Both the position numbers and the translations under genes were made by a program. DNA of 64,000 bases. It comes from a candidate division FCPU426 bacterium (GTDB taxonomy: Bacteria; Oederibacteriota; Muellerivitia; Muellerivitales; Muellerivitaceae). Of the stretch, positions 32,645-41,233 are shown piece after piece; position 1 is the first letter of the stretch; each line of letters starts with the position of its first letter. The stretch lies in NCBI GenBank assembly GCA_963771075.1, contig CAVYSE010000003.1, forward strand, positions 64,001 through 128,000, in the 5' to 3' direction. The notes beneath the pieces are model-generated. The model did no database searches. It worked only from the letters and a program-made list of their open reading frames with translations, and had not been told where the DNA came from.

Positions 32645-33673
32645 TTATTCGTCAGCCGTTTCCTGCGGCCGGTGAAATGGCGCGGTCCAATCCCGGACCA
32701 CCCGGATTTCGTGGGGCAACAAGCGTCCTTTTAAATGGTGGCGAAGAATTTGAAGCGCCTTCCAGTCCTCGTTTTTGAGCTGGACCACCTTGGCCATCTT
32801 TTCACCGGCGGGGGGCTCATCCGGTCCCACCCTCACCCAGACCCTTTTGCCCTCGGGTTTGACGTAAACCTGGACCGTCACTTTGGTTTTGGGGGCTTTG
32901 AAGAACAATGAACGCCATTGGTCGCCAGGTTGTCCCTGGTAATTTCCCTTTTCCTGATCTGCTAAATTTTTGTATCCCTTGAAGATCAAAGCGTTTAACA
33001 CTTCCTGGGATGCCCAGGCAATGCGGGCGGTGGGATTTGAACCCTTGCCCTTAACCCATCCCCCAAAAATCACGTTGGGTTGGGCCGGAGGTACTGGCCA
33101 AGCGGAGCGGGGAGGCCCTTTTTTCTTGGGTTCCTCGCCAGTGCCGGTGACCCCTTCAGTCGCTGCGGGCAAGGCCTTGGTTTCAGGCGGTTGGGTCGTT
33201 TCCGTGGCGGCGGAACCGGGCAAGGGAGGCAAAGCGGGGGCGGTCGTTGTGGAAGACGAACCTGGCAAGGGCGGCAAGGAAGGCGCCGAGGTACTGGGAG
33301 CCGCGTTTTGCGGCGGCACCGGAGCCGATCCCTGATCCGGCAAAGGAGGCAAGGCGGGCCCGGAGGAAGCAGGTGTGGATGGGGACGCGGCAGGTGCCGC
33401 TGAACCTGGCAAAGGCGGAAGAACAGGGCCACCGCTTGTAGATGAGGAAGCTGAAGTATCGGGCAAGGGCGGCAAGGCAGGCCCTGAGGCGGCGGGTGTC
33501 GAGGTGGAGGGATTGCTGTTTGGAAGGGCTGGCATGGGTGGCGCGGAACCGCCCGATGGAGCCGCGGCGGCTTGGTCCGAACCCGGCATGGCTGGAAGGG
33601 GTGGCATATCCTGTGCTTGAACCCAACCCACGAAAGTCAAAAACATTGTCACTGCTAAAAATCGTTTTAACAT
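32645..33673 (-). CDS. Secreted proline-rich hypothetical protein
   Basis: Signal peptide (VQA/QD), repeated LPPLP motifs, basic globular C-terminus; AGGA RBS. Confidence 0.75.
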   Translation of the reverse strand: MLKRFLAVTMFLTFVGWVQAQDMPPLPAMPGSDQAAAAPSGGSAPPMPALPNSNPSTSTPAASGPALPPLPDTSASSSTSGGPVLPPLPGSAAPAASPSTPASSGPALPPLPDQGSAPVPPQNAAPSTSAPSLPPLPGSSSTTTAPALPPLPGSAATETTQPPETKALPAATEGVTGTGEEPKKKGPPRSAWPVPPAQPNVIFGGWVKGKGSNPTARIAWASQEVLNALIFKGYKNLADQEKGNYQGQPGDQWRSLFFKAPKTKVTVQVYVKPEGKRVWVRVGPDEPPAGEKMAKVVQLKNEDWKALQILRHHLKGRLLPHEIRVVRDWTAPFHRPQETADE

Positions 33674-33794
33674 TCCTCGGCTCCTTGCCCCGGCAGGCGA
33701 AAAAGTGCTTTATTTTAGACTGATTTCCAGCCTAATCCGATAAAAAAAGTTAACTTTTCCTTACCTTGTTTTAGGTTTATCTCAAGGTTTTATC

Positions 33795-33928
33795 TAGCAG
33801 ACTGCTAAAAGTTTAAAAGGGCTACAAAGCAGCCTGCCTACCCCAAAGATTCCGCAGGAATCGTGGGGTTTCCACAAATGTCGTCAGCTGAAAAAGTCCG
33901 CTTTAGGGACTTTTTCAGCTTCCTGCTA
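33795..33928. mobile_element. Probable MITE (IS5/IS1182-like ends) with internal 14-bp stem
   Basis: Ends TAGCAGACTGCTAAAA / TTTCAGCTTCCTGCTA (imperfect IR); hairpin agctgaaaaagtcc..ggactttttcagct at 33886-33920. Confidence 0.5.
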
Positions 33929-33999
33929 TGGTTTTGAAATCTCAATAAACATGCCTTTCTAAACGCCTTGGTGTATTGGTGGTAAATCTTTAATTTTCG

Positions 34000-34488
34000 C
34001 TAAAACTTTGCCGTCAGAAGCGGTACTTCAAAAGCCAAGGCTTTTGGCTGTAAGGAATTGTCCGAAAAGGTCGTCTGGTGCGGAGGTGGATAGTTGTTAC
34101 TTAACACCGATACGCAGGCAACCGTCGTTGAACCGGCCAGGGCCGTGCCAACGAAATACCAGAAGTTATCCCCCACGGTGAAGGTCCCATTCGTAAAAAG
34201 GCCGATGGTGGCCCAAACTCCGAAACTGGCGAAGGCGGTAAAGGGGGTCGCGGTAATAAAAACGACCTGGAAATCCTCAACTTTGTTTTCTTTATACTCC
34301 ACCCCTTCTGGGTCGTACCCATTGGCCTCTCTTTCGTATTCGTAAGGCGGGGCGAAGCCATTGACCACATTGGGGTCTTCCTCATCCGTAACCGCGGCGG
34401 AATGCGCGCTCTGGGCATTACATATATGAGGCAATCCGAAACCCATGAGAATAAGGATGGTGAATAGGGTTAAAAGTCTTGAAAACAT
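34000..34488 (-). CDS. Hypothetical membrane/exported protein
   Basis: Signal-like N-terminus (MFSRLL..) plus two hydrophobic segments; terminal Phe. Confidence 0.6.
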   Translation of the reverse strand: MFSRLLTLFTILILMGFGLPHICNAQSAHSAAVTDEEDPNVVNGFAPPYEYEREANGYDPEGVEYKENKVEDFQVVFITATPFTAFASFGVWATIGLFTNGTFTVGDNFWYFVGTALAGSTTVACVSVLSNNYPPPHQTTFSDNSLQPKALAFEVPLLTAKF

Positions 34489-34949
34489 GGGGTCATTGTA
34501 ATGGGGGGAGCGAGCAATCAAAAGGGGGAAAGACTTGAAAACCTTCCGAGTCATGCGTTTTTCGGTAGTGTCTCAGTTTAAACGGGCTATTAATTTAAGT
34601 CGTAACTGTTCAGCGTAGCTTAAAAAAACATCCAACACATGCCGACCTTCCATGAAACCCTTTTATGAGGTCGGTATAGTCCTGGTTTCATTTGCTCCCA
34701 GGGAGCAAATGAGGACAAAGATACGAAGACACCCCATATGATTCACCGTGAATCATATGGGGTAGTACCGCCATCATTAAACCAATCAAATGGAGGGGCG
34801 GCACACAAAGGACAGCAAAAGAAGAATAAATACCTAAAAAATCTAAAACCAGGGCCTTATTTGCCTTTCTTCGTGGCTTAGTGGCTTCGTGTTGGCTGTG
34901 GGTTTGTCGGGCCTGAACTATTACGAATTGTCTATATCGGGGTTTGAAC

Positions 34950-35438
34950 CTAAAAAGCCTTGTTTTTGCATAGGAGAATGGCGTCGGGTGCTGGCCAAGC
35001 GGTCGAGACGGGTTCTTCAATGTTTACGGTGAATTCCTTAACACTGACGGTGGATGAAGGGGGGGCGATTTTTTCCACCTGGCCGACCAGGTGAAATTGC
35101 CTATGGACTACCCAGTCCCCCACCTCGATGACGTCTTGCCCCTTTTCGGGCTCACGCTGAAAAAGGGAAAGGATCGTTTTTTTCAACCGGTCCTGGCGTG
35201 ATTCCAGGTAGGCAAGGGCCCGCCCCTTGACGAAGGCCACTTCAAGGGGTGTTAGGTTCCGTTTAAAAGATAGTTCGATTTCCTTGAAGCACTTGATGAT
35301 AGCTGCCGTCCGTAAGGCTTTGGGGTCATCGGCGCTGATTCGGGACCCAGCCAAAAGCGTTTGCGGCCATTGGTATTCGGGTTTCTGAAAGGCTTGCCTC
35401 AGGTTTTTAAGGATATTGCCCGCGCAGCGTTCATCCAT
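34950..35438 (-). CDS. Hypothetical protein with possible C-terminal SH3/KOW-like domain
   Basis: 162 aa ORF; IEVGDWVVH..F..VGQVEKI. Confidence 0.55.
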   Translation of the reverse strand: MDERCAGNILKNLRQAFQKPEYQWPQTLLAGSRISADDPKALRTAAIIKCFKEIELSFKRNLTPLEVAFVKGRALAYLESRQDRLKKTILSLFQREPEKGQDVIEVGDWVVHRQFHLVGQVEKIAPPSSTVSVKEFTVNIEEPVSTAWPAPDAILLCKNKAF

Positions 35439-35885
35439 TTACGGGTTACTTTCTACCCTTCAATTGGCCATCGAGAAGAAGGGTTTTGAGAGGTAACTTA
35501 AATATAAGATTATTGTAATGGCGGGCTTCTGTAATCAAAAGCGGGAAAGGTTTCATTATTTTTGGCTTTCTAAAACTTCAACCCTTTTCCGACTTCCCCT
35601 TCGGGAAAACCGGGCCACCCTGGTTTTTTCTTCCAGTCGTTACGCCGTCATCTCACCGCCGGTTTCCTCTGGAACTTCCGCCATATCTCGCCCATCTCGC
35701 CTTCCTGTTAGCGTAGGAAGAAGCGATTGGAATAGTTTCTATAAAATGAAGACTTGACCCCATTTTTCTCACCCATCCCGACCCACCCAAACAAAAAAAC
35801 CCCGTCCATCCGCGAGGATAAACAGGGTCGTTTTTGTTGAGAACAGGCTCTAATTTTAACGAAAACCAAGGTCGTAGGGTAAAAG

Positions 35886-35940
35886 TGGTGCCCGAGGTCG
35901 GACTTGAACCGACATGACCGTGAGGTCGATAGATTTTGAA
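35886..35940 (-). pseudogene. 3' portion of tRNA-Leu(CAA); 5' half absent
   Basis: Minus strand reads TTCAAAA TCTAT, long variable arm GACCTCACGGTC, T arm GTCGG TTCAAGT CCGAC, then CTCGGGC ACCA. No D arm or 5' acceptor strand upstream. Confidence 0.85.
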
Positions 35941-36045
35941 CATTGGGGTCAGGTCTTTATTTTATATTGTCTATCCGGACCTTGAACCTCGTCTCTCCCT
36001 CCATCCTCTTCTTTACCATCGCCATCCGGTTCCCCACTGCCGAAC
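35941..36045. repeat. Copy 1 of a ~100-bp direct repeat: GGGGTCAGGTC end plus a 3' coding remnant
   Basis: Near-identical to 36054-36064 joined to 37389-37482; minus strand reads SAVGNRMAMVKKRMEGETRFKVRIDNIK* then AGACCTGACCCC. Confidence 0.85.
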
Positions 36046-36064
36046 ACATTAAACATTGGGGTCA

Positions 36065-36230
36065 CCTATGAAAAAGAATGTCCAGGCAAAAGCGTAGTAT
36101 CACGGCCCCAAGTCCAACCTGAGTCTCAAAGGACTACAAGTCAGTCACCTATTCGCGGTTGTTTCACCGCACGATAACGTTGGACCCGGCCGCTCAATCA
36201 GGCCAAGGACCTCAACTCTTGCGGGTTGTG
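36065..36230 (-). ncRNA. Candidate bridge/seek RNA in the downstream non-coding end of the IS110
   Basis: Structured region (stem GGGTCCAAC/GTTGGACTT, hairpin GCGGT-GAAACA-ACCGC) with segments matching both IS ends. Confidence 0.6.
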
Positions 36231-37253
36231 TCAGACCCCGTCGGAGCTGGCCGGGCAGTCCTCAAAAGCTTCCTTCTTTCGTAACATATGAAAGATGCTT
36301 TTCAGCATAGCCCTTGCTACTGCTATTCGTCCCGCGTTATTCCCATGCTTCTTCTTCACCCTCGTGTATAAGGTCCCATACCGTCGGGTTTTGCGAATGG
36401 CATGAAGCGAGTTCTCAACCAATATCCAGCGAATCCATTTAGAACCCTGTTTGGTGATGTGGCCGTTGTGGCTTTTTCCCCCTGATGCGTGAACACTGGG
36501 GACCAATCCACCATAAGAACATAGATGTTCCGCGTCCGGGAACCGGCGAATATCCCCAATCTCGCTCAAAATTAATAAAGCCGAAAAGGCACCCACGCCT
36601 GGCATGGTCATCATCAGCTGGGCTTCCGGGCTTTCTGCTGCCATTTTCTTGATCACCTCTTCTGATTTGGCGATCTCTTGGCCTAGTTCCCGGATTACTT
36701 CCATATATCCGTCCAGTTCCAAACGGTAGCAAGGCCGGGTACCTACCGTGGCAAGTTCGCGGAAGTTCTTTATTCCGAATCGGTTTTTAGTAACGGGTTC
36801 GATTCCCGCCTTGGTCATGACCGAAGTCATCCGGTTTTTGGCTTGTGTTCTCAATTGCACCAGGGAAGCCCGGTACCTAAGGATTTCCCGTAAGTCGCGG
36901 ATCTCTCGGGGTGGCACATAGGCTCGTGGCAGCAGATCCACCCGCAAAAGTTGAGCCAGGATTCCCGAATCAATTTTATCCGTCTTGATCTTGGCCGAGG
37001 CTATGGCTTTGACCTTTTGGGGGTGGGCCAATACCAGGTTGGGGAATCGATCCTCGATGAGTTCGTAAAAGTGATACCAATGACCTGTGGCTTCTACTAC
37101 GACCTGGCTACTCACGGGTTGCTTCTTGAAATAAGCCTTTAAAGTATCCGCGTCGTTCTTCAGATCGACTTGTTCCAGCACCTTTCCTTTCTCATTCACT
37201 CTCGTGACGTAGGATGTTTTCTGGTGTAGGTCTACTCCGATATACTGTCCCAC
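36231..37253 (-). CDS. IS110 family transposase/recombinase (DEDD RuvC + Tnp20)
   Basis: IGVDLH, VVEATG, KTDKIDS, PGVG, GLVPSVHASG, ITKQGSKWIRW, AVAR. Confidence 0.96.
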   Translation of the reverse strand: MGQYIGVDLHQKTSYVTRVNEKGKVLEQVDLKNDADTLKAYFKKQPVSSQVVVEATGHWYHFYELIEDRFPNLVLAHPQKVKAIASAKIKTDKIDSGILAQLLRVDLLPRAYVPPREIRDLREILRYRASLVQLRTQAKNRMTSVMTKAGIEPVTKNRFGIKNFRELATVGTRPCYRLELDGYMEVIRELGQEIAKSEEVIKKMAAESPEAQLMMTMPGVGAFSALLILSEIGDIRRFPDAEHLCSYGGLVPSVHASGGKSHNGHITKQGSKWIRWILVENSLHAIRKTRRYGTLYTRVKKKHGNNAGRIAVARAMLKSIFHMLRKKEAFEDCPASSDGV

Positions 37254-37699
37254 GGCTGCACCTCCTAAGCGTTTTGCACCACCTGCAAAGGTGAGTGCCT
37301 TTTCGACTCTGGGTTTATCCTAGAGCCTCGTCCCACTTAAGTGGAGACGCTCTACGCTTGGAGCTCTGCAGCCTTTTTCATGTTATCAGGTCTTTATTTT
37401 ATATTATCTATCCGGGCCTTGAACCGCGTCTCTCCCTCCATCCGCTTCTTTACCATCGCTATCCGGTTCCCCACTGCCGAACAAAAAAAGGCCACCATTA
37501 TCCACTTTAGACCCTTCCGCCCTCCACCGCATTATCGCACCCGATAGGCCGCCTTCGGTTCCTCAATAAACCCGATCTTCCGAGCAGGTTTATTCGGTTC
37601 TTCATACCGCTTCTAATTGAAAGCTAATTGGAATGCGGCATCGTCCCCCCTTTTGACCTTTCGGGCAAAAGGGGACATTGGGTCCCCGTCGTGGAAAAC

Positions 37700-38107
37700 C
37701 TATTTTCTGATAACAAAGTTTTCCATTGAAACAGTCAGACCCGGGGTGGCACGGCGTAGGGCGCGATCCTCGGTCACGCAAGGCACCCCAAGCTGCTGGG
37801 CCAACAAGACATATTGGGCGTCGTAGGCTGATATTTTGTAATGAAGGGCGATTTCTAAGGTTTCAATGGGCCCCAATTCAACTTCGTTTGGAAGGAAATG
37901 GGCATAAACATCTTCTAATGCCTTGGCCGCTTTTTCTTTGGTTAATCCGCCCTGCCGGACATAGGTGGTGAATATGTTGAGAATTTCATGGCGCCAAAGA
38001 CTCGGAAGTCGCCAATACGGATCCCGATCACGCACTTGGAGGGCTAAAGGCGTCAGCGACCCTTCGATAATGGAATAAGCTAAGACATTCGCATCCACGA
38101 CAATCAA
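37700..38107 (-). CDS. vapC: VapC PIN-domain toxin
   Basis: IVVDANVL, WRHEILN, ISAYDAQYVLLA, VTEDRAL; TTG start overlaps the antitoxin stop. Confidence 0.9.
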   Translation of the reverse strand: MIVVDANVLAYSIIEGSLTPLALQVRDRDPYWRLPSLWRHEILNIFTTYVRQGGLTKEKAAKALEDVYAHFLPNEVELGPIETLEIALHYKISAYDAQYVLLAQQLGVPCVTEDRALRRATPGLTVSMENFVIRK

Positions 38108-38322
38108 GCGCGGCCCTCTTGGATGGTCTTTTTCAACCATGCGGGAGTGATGGGAAATTTCCCCTTGATGGGTTCGGGCCAAGGACGCTCGGAATGCCCG
38201 GACAAAGCTTCCTCCAGGAGAGCCAACGCTTCTTTGGTCATAGACCTTCGATGTTGGGTCGCGAATTCCTTGAGTTTCTTATGCACTGGGCCCGGAACGT
38301 TTTTGATCAAAATATCAGGCAT
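38104..38322 (-). CDS. FitA/VapB-like ribbon-helix-helix antitoxin
   Basis: ILIKNVP..VHKKLKE.A..HRRSM..EAL.LL; directly upstream of the PIN toxin. Confidence 0.88.
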   Translation of the reverse strand: MPDILIKNVPGPVHKKLKEFATQHRRSMTKEALALLEEALSGHSERPWPEPIKGKFPITPAWLKKTIQEGRA

Positions 38323-38563
38323 ATCCGCCTCCTATCCAAACGATATCATAACAATATCATTACAATAGTTAAGTTTCAAGGCTCTTCCATAACTCGGGTT
38401 GTCTGCTAGGCCTCCCCGTCGTGGACAAAGAAACTTTAGAAAAGGTCCTACTCGGGAATCCAAATGCAATGGTTTATTGGGCTTATATTCATATTATTTT
38501 ATCCACGGGACCCCAGACCCGGTTCGATTTCAAGTTGAGTCGTAAATTACAACAGAGGTTCCC

Positions 38564-39400
38564 TCACGGCACGTCCAAAGCCAGCTTTTCCCTTTTCGGG
38601 TTGAAGCCATCGGACGATTGGGGGTCCTCCAAGCGGTGAGCGTCGTCCCACTCCTTCGGGTTCACGACATAAAGGCTGTGCTTGCCCGGCGCGAGGCCCT
38701 GCAGGGCCGCTTCCAGGTTTTCCCGGTGGGGCTGCTGGTCGGTATCCATATCCACGTTCCAAACCCTGTCCCCGAATAGGAAGCCCGACTTTTCCATGGG
38801 AGAGTTGTCCCACATCATCACGGCCTCGCCGCCGCCATCCAGCAAAACACCCTGGTTCGGGTAAGGCATACCGCGAACAGGCACCGCTTTGCCGTTTTGC
38901 GAGGTCTTGATAAAAAATTCCATGGCCGAAACCAGGTGCTCCATGGCCTCCGCGTTGGCGCAGAACATCGTGAAGGGCTTTTTCAGGCTGGACGCCACCA
39001 CGCCGCAATAGTAGGAAGTCCCCGGGTGGTCCGACACCGTTTCGATTTTGGAGCAATGGATGGCCCGGACGTCTTCCCAAAAGAACGCGGTTTTCGCCGG
39101 GCTGGCGCCCACCCCCAGGAAATTGCCCGCCAGGTTTCCCAGCGCGTCCCCCGGCAGGTTCAGGGTGAGCCCCGTGGCGCCCACTTGGACCGACTGGATC
39201 TGTTTCTTGTCGTGCCCCTGCACGAGGATGTATTTGTCCGGGTCCGCCAGGTCTTGCAGGCGTCCCGTGGCCATGCCCTCGCCCATTGCGCTATCGGCCG
39301 TGATTGGGCAATCCAGGACCCGGCATGACGGGGGGAGAACGGCTATTTCAGCTTCGAGGTAACTCTTATCTTCGTCGCTCTCTTTCCAAGCGCAGGCGGA
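38564..39400 (-). CDS. Hypothetical protein with C-terminal PDZ-like motif; true start uncertain, possibly 5'-truncated
   Basis: GC-rich coding-like 3' part; DNSPMEKSGFLFGDRVWNVD resembles the PDZ SPA..G...GD.I..V motif. Confidence 0.5.
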   Translation of the reverse strand, partial: SACAWKESDEDKSYLEAEIAVLPPSCRVLDCPITADSAMGEGMATGRLQDLADPDKYILVQGHDKKQIQSVQVGATGLTLNLPGDALGNLAGNFLGVGASPAKTAFFWEDVRAIHCSKIETVSDHPGTSYYCGVVASSLKKPFTMFCANAEAMEHLVSAMEFFIKTSQNGKAVPVRGMPYPNQGVLLDGGGEAVMMWDNSPMEKSGFLFGDRVWNVDMDTDQQPHRENLEAALQGLAPGKHSLYVVNPKEWDDAHRLEDPQSSDGFNPKREKLALDVP

Positions 39401-39829
39401 AATATAGGTAAGATTAGTCGACAGTCGACGGTCTGCAGCCAGAGCACCAATTCCCTTTTCCGGAATTGGCGCGCTCAAACCTTGTTCCCCGGTTTGAGAC
39501 CTCGGAACAGAGGACAGGGAAGCTTTGGGTTTAGCCGGCAGTCGACGGTCCGCAGTCTGCCCTGAGCCCCGTCGAAGGGTTGGCAGGGGCGCCTTTGGCG
39601 ATGATTGAACCTGAGAAGTCGTGTCGTTCTTTGTGTCTTCGTGTCTTTGTGTTGGATTTGAAGTTCCCGGGGTTGGAATTGTCGTGGGTAGTGGTTGAGG
39701 AAAAGCCTTACTATCGCCTTCCCAAGGGTTTACCCAAGACCCTACCCAATGGATTGCCCCGGAGGCGGTCCGGCTCAACAAGCCCCTTAGCCCTGCCGGG
39801 TGGAAGAAGAATAGTCGACCAGCTATAAA

Positions 39830-40851
39830 GGGGTCAGTCATCAATTATTAATATTTACAAGTTGGAGGCAATCGGTTAGCTTGTCGGGGCTATGAGAAAA
39901 CCTAGACTTCTTTATCTCGGCGGCTTGTACCACGTGATTGCCAGGGGAAATCAAAGGCAAAAAACATTTTTGGCCAAGGTTGATTTTCTTAAATATCTGG
40001 AACTATTAGGCGAGCATTTGGAAACGCGTGAAATAAGGCTTTATGCCTATTGCCTGATGCCCAACCATGTTCATCTGTTGGTAGAACAAGCCGGTGATTA
40101 TCCCTTGTCCCGGTATATGCATCGGCTCCAAACGGCTTATACCCAATTCTTCAACCGGACCCATAAGAAAGTAGGCCATCTTTTTCAGGGTCGGTATAAG
40201 GCCATATTGGTGGACAAGGATTCATATCTGTTGGAATTGGTTCGATACATTGGGTTGAATCCGTTCAGGGCGAAATTGGAGGAAAAGCCGGGAATATATC
40301 CCTGGACCAGCCACCAACAATATTTGGGCCGAGAGAATAAGCCATTGGCGAAAGTGGAAGTTGAACCAGTTTTGGCTCTTTTCAGCAAAATGAAGAAAGA
40401 AGCCCAAAAGGCCTATTTGAGGTTCGTCAAGGAAGGCATGGGGGAAGGCCATCGGGAGGATTTGTATGATGTCCGGCAGGGACATATTTTGGGGGACCAG
40501 GAATTCGAACAAAAAGCGCATCAAAAGGCCCAACGTCCGCTGTCAGGTGCGAGTTTGAAGGTGAAGAAAACATTACCTGAAATATGGAAAGTACTTTTGA
40601 AACGGGAAGGGCATAGTGAAGATCCGACAGGCCATCGCCGAAGCCGTTTAATGGAAGAAGCGGCCTATCTAGCGTTTGAGGGTTGTGGGATAAGCCAAAG
40701 AGAGATAGGGGTATATTTTGGGAAAAATCAAAGCGCAGTCAGCCAGGCCATTAGGCGTTTGGAGATGAAGTGGAAAGAACAGCCCGGGGAAAAGGAGAAG
40801 TGGTTTCGATGGGCGCGACACTTAGAATATTAATAAATGATGACTGACCCC
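39830..40851 (+). mobile_element. 1022-bp element with a Y1/HUH transposase and 26-bp terminal inverted repeats
   Basis: GGGGTCAGTCATCAATTATTAATATT (39830-39855) and AATATTAATAAATGATGACTGACCCC (40826-40851), 25/26 match; no TSD visible. Confidence 0.85.
39892..40833 (+). CDS. Y1 (IS200/RAYT-like) HUH transposase with C-terminal HTH
   Basis: YHVIARGN, AYCLMPNHVHLL (HUH), GHLFQGRY, RYIGLNP, YPWTS, C-terminal SQREIG.YFG..QSAVSQ. Confidence 0.93.
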   Translation: MRKPRLLYLGGLYHVIARGNQRQKTFLAKVDFLKYLELLGEHLETREIRLYAYCLMPNHVHLLVEQAGDYPLSRYMHRLQTAYTQFFNRTHKKVGHLFQGRYKAILVDKDSYLLELVRYIGLNPFRAKLEEKPGIYPWTSHQQYLGRENKPLAKVEVEPVLALFSKMKKEAQKAYLRFVKEGMGEGHREDLYDVRQGHILGDQEFEQKAHQKAQRPLSGASLKVKKTLPEIWKVLLKREGHSEDPTGHRRSRLMEEAAYLAFEGCGISQREIGVYFGKNQSAVSQAIRRLEMKWKEQPGEKEKWFRWARHLEY

Positions 40852-41233
40852 GTTCACCAAGACTTTTAGGAAATTATTTTGATCCGCGTGTTAATTTAGC
40901 AAACGACCTAGCCGGAGGGTTATCTTTTTTCAGAGTTTAGATGATGAGCTTTTGGGATTGCCAGGTTTTTTAAGTGCTGTTGTCAAAGTTGTAGCAGGAG
41001 TTATATGAATCAATTAGAAAATCTCTTCAAATTTTACAGCCAGGTGAAAAAAACTAAATCATTTGTATTTAGTGCGGCCCTATTGGGTGGTGTAGTCGTA
41101 ATATTCAACTATTGTTTTTATCACTACTATTTGAGGTTTCGAATTCCTTTTATAACAGATTTGGATTCATTTGAATTTGATTTCTTGGGATATTTTTTAA
41201 ATATTACTACTTGTATGATTTTTTATATATTCT

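Larger units (their letters stand above)
36062..37388 (-). mobile_element. IS110 family element (IS1111-like), ~1.32 kb
   Basis: TCA core at both junctions; sub-terminal IR ATGAAAAAG (36068-36076) / CTTTTTCAT (37373-37381); removing it restores CATTGGGGTCAGGTCTTTATTT. Confidence 0.9.

Noticed and set aside
35886..37400. Intron-split tRNA-Leu
   Set aside because: No 5' exon found in the window; the adjoining DNA is element-end repeats and an IS110, not an intron core
39400..39844. N-terminal ~150 aa of ORF 38564..39844
   Set aside because: Starts inside the Y1 TIR and reads through palindromic and 8-nt repeats; unlikely to be genuine coding sequence
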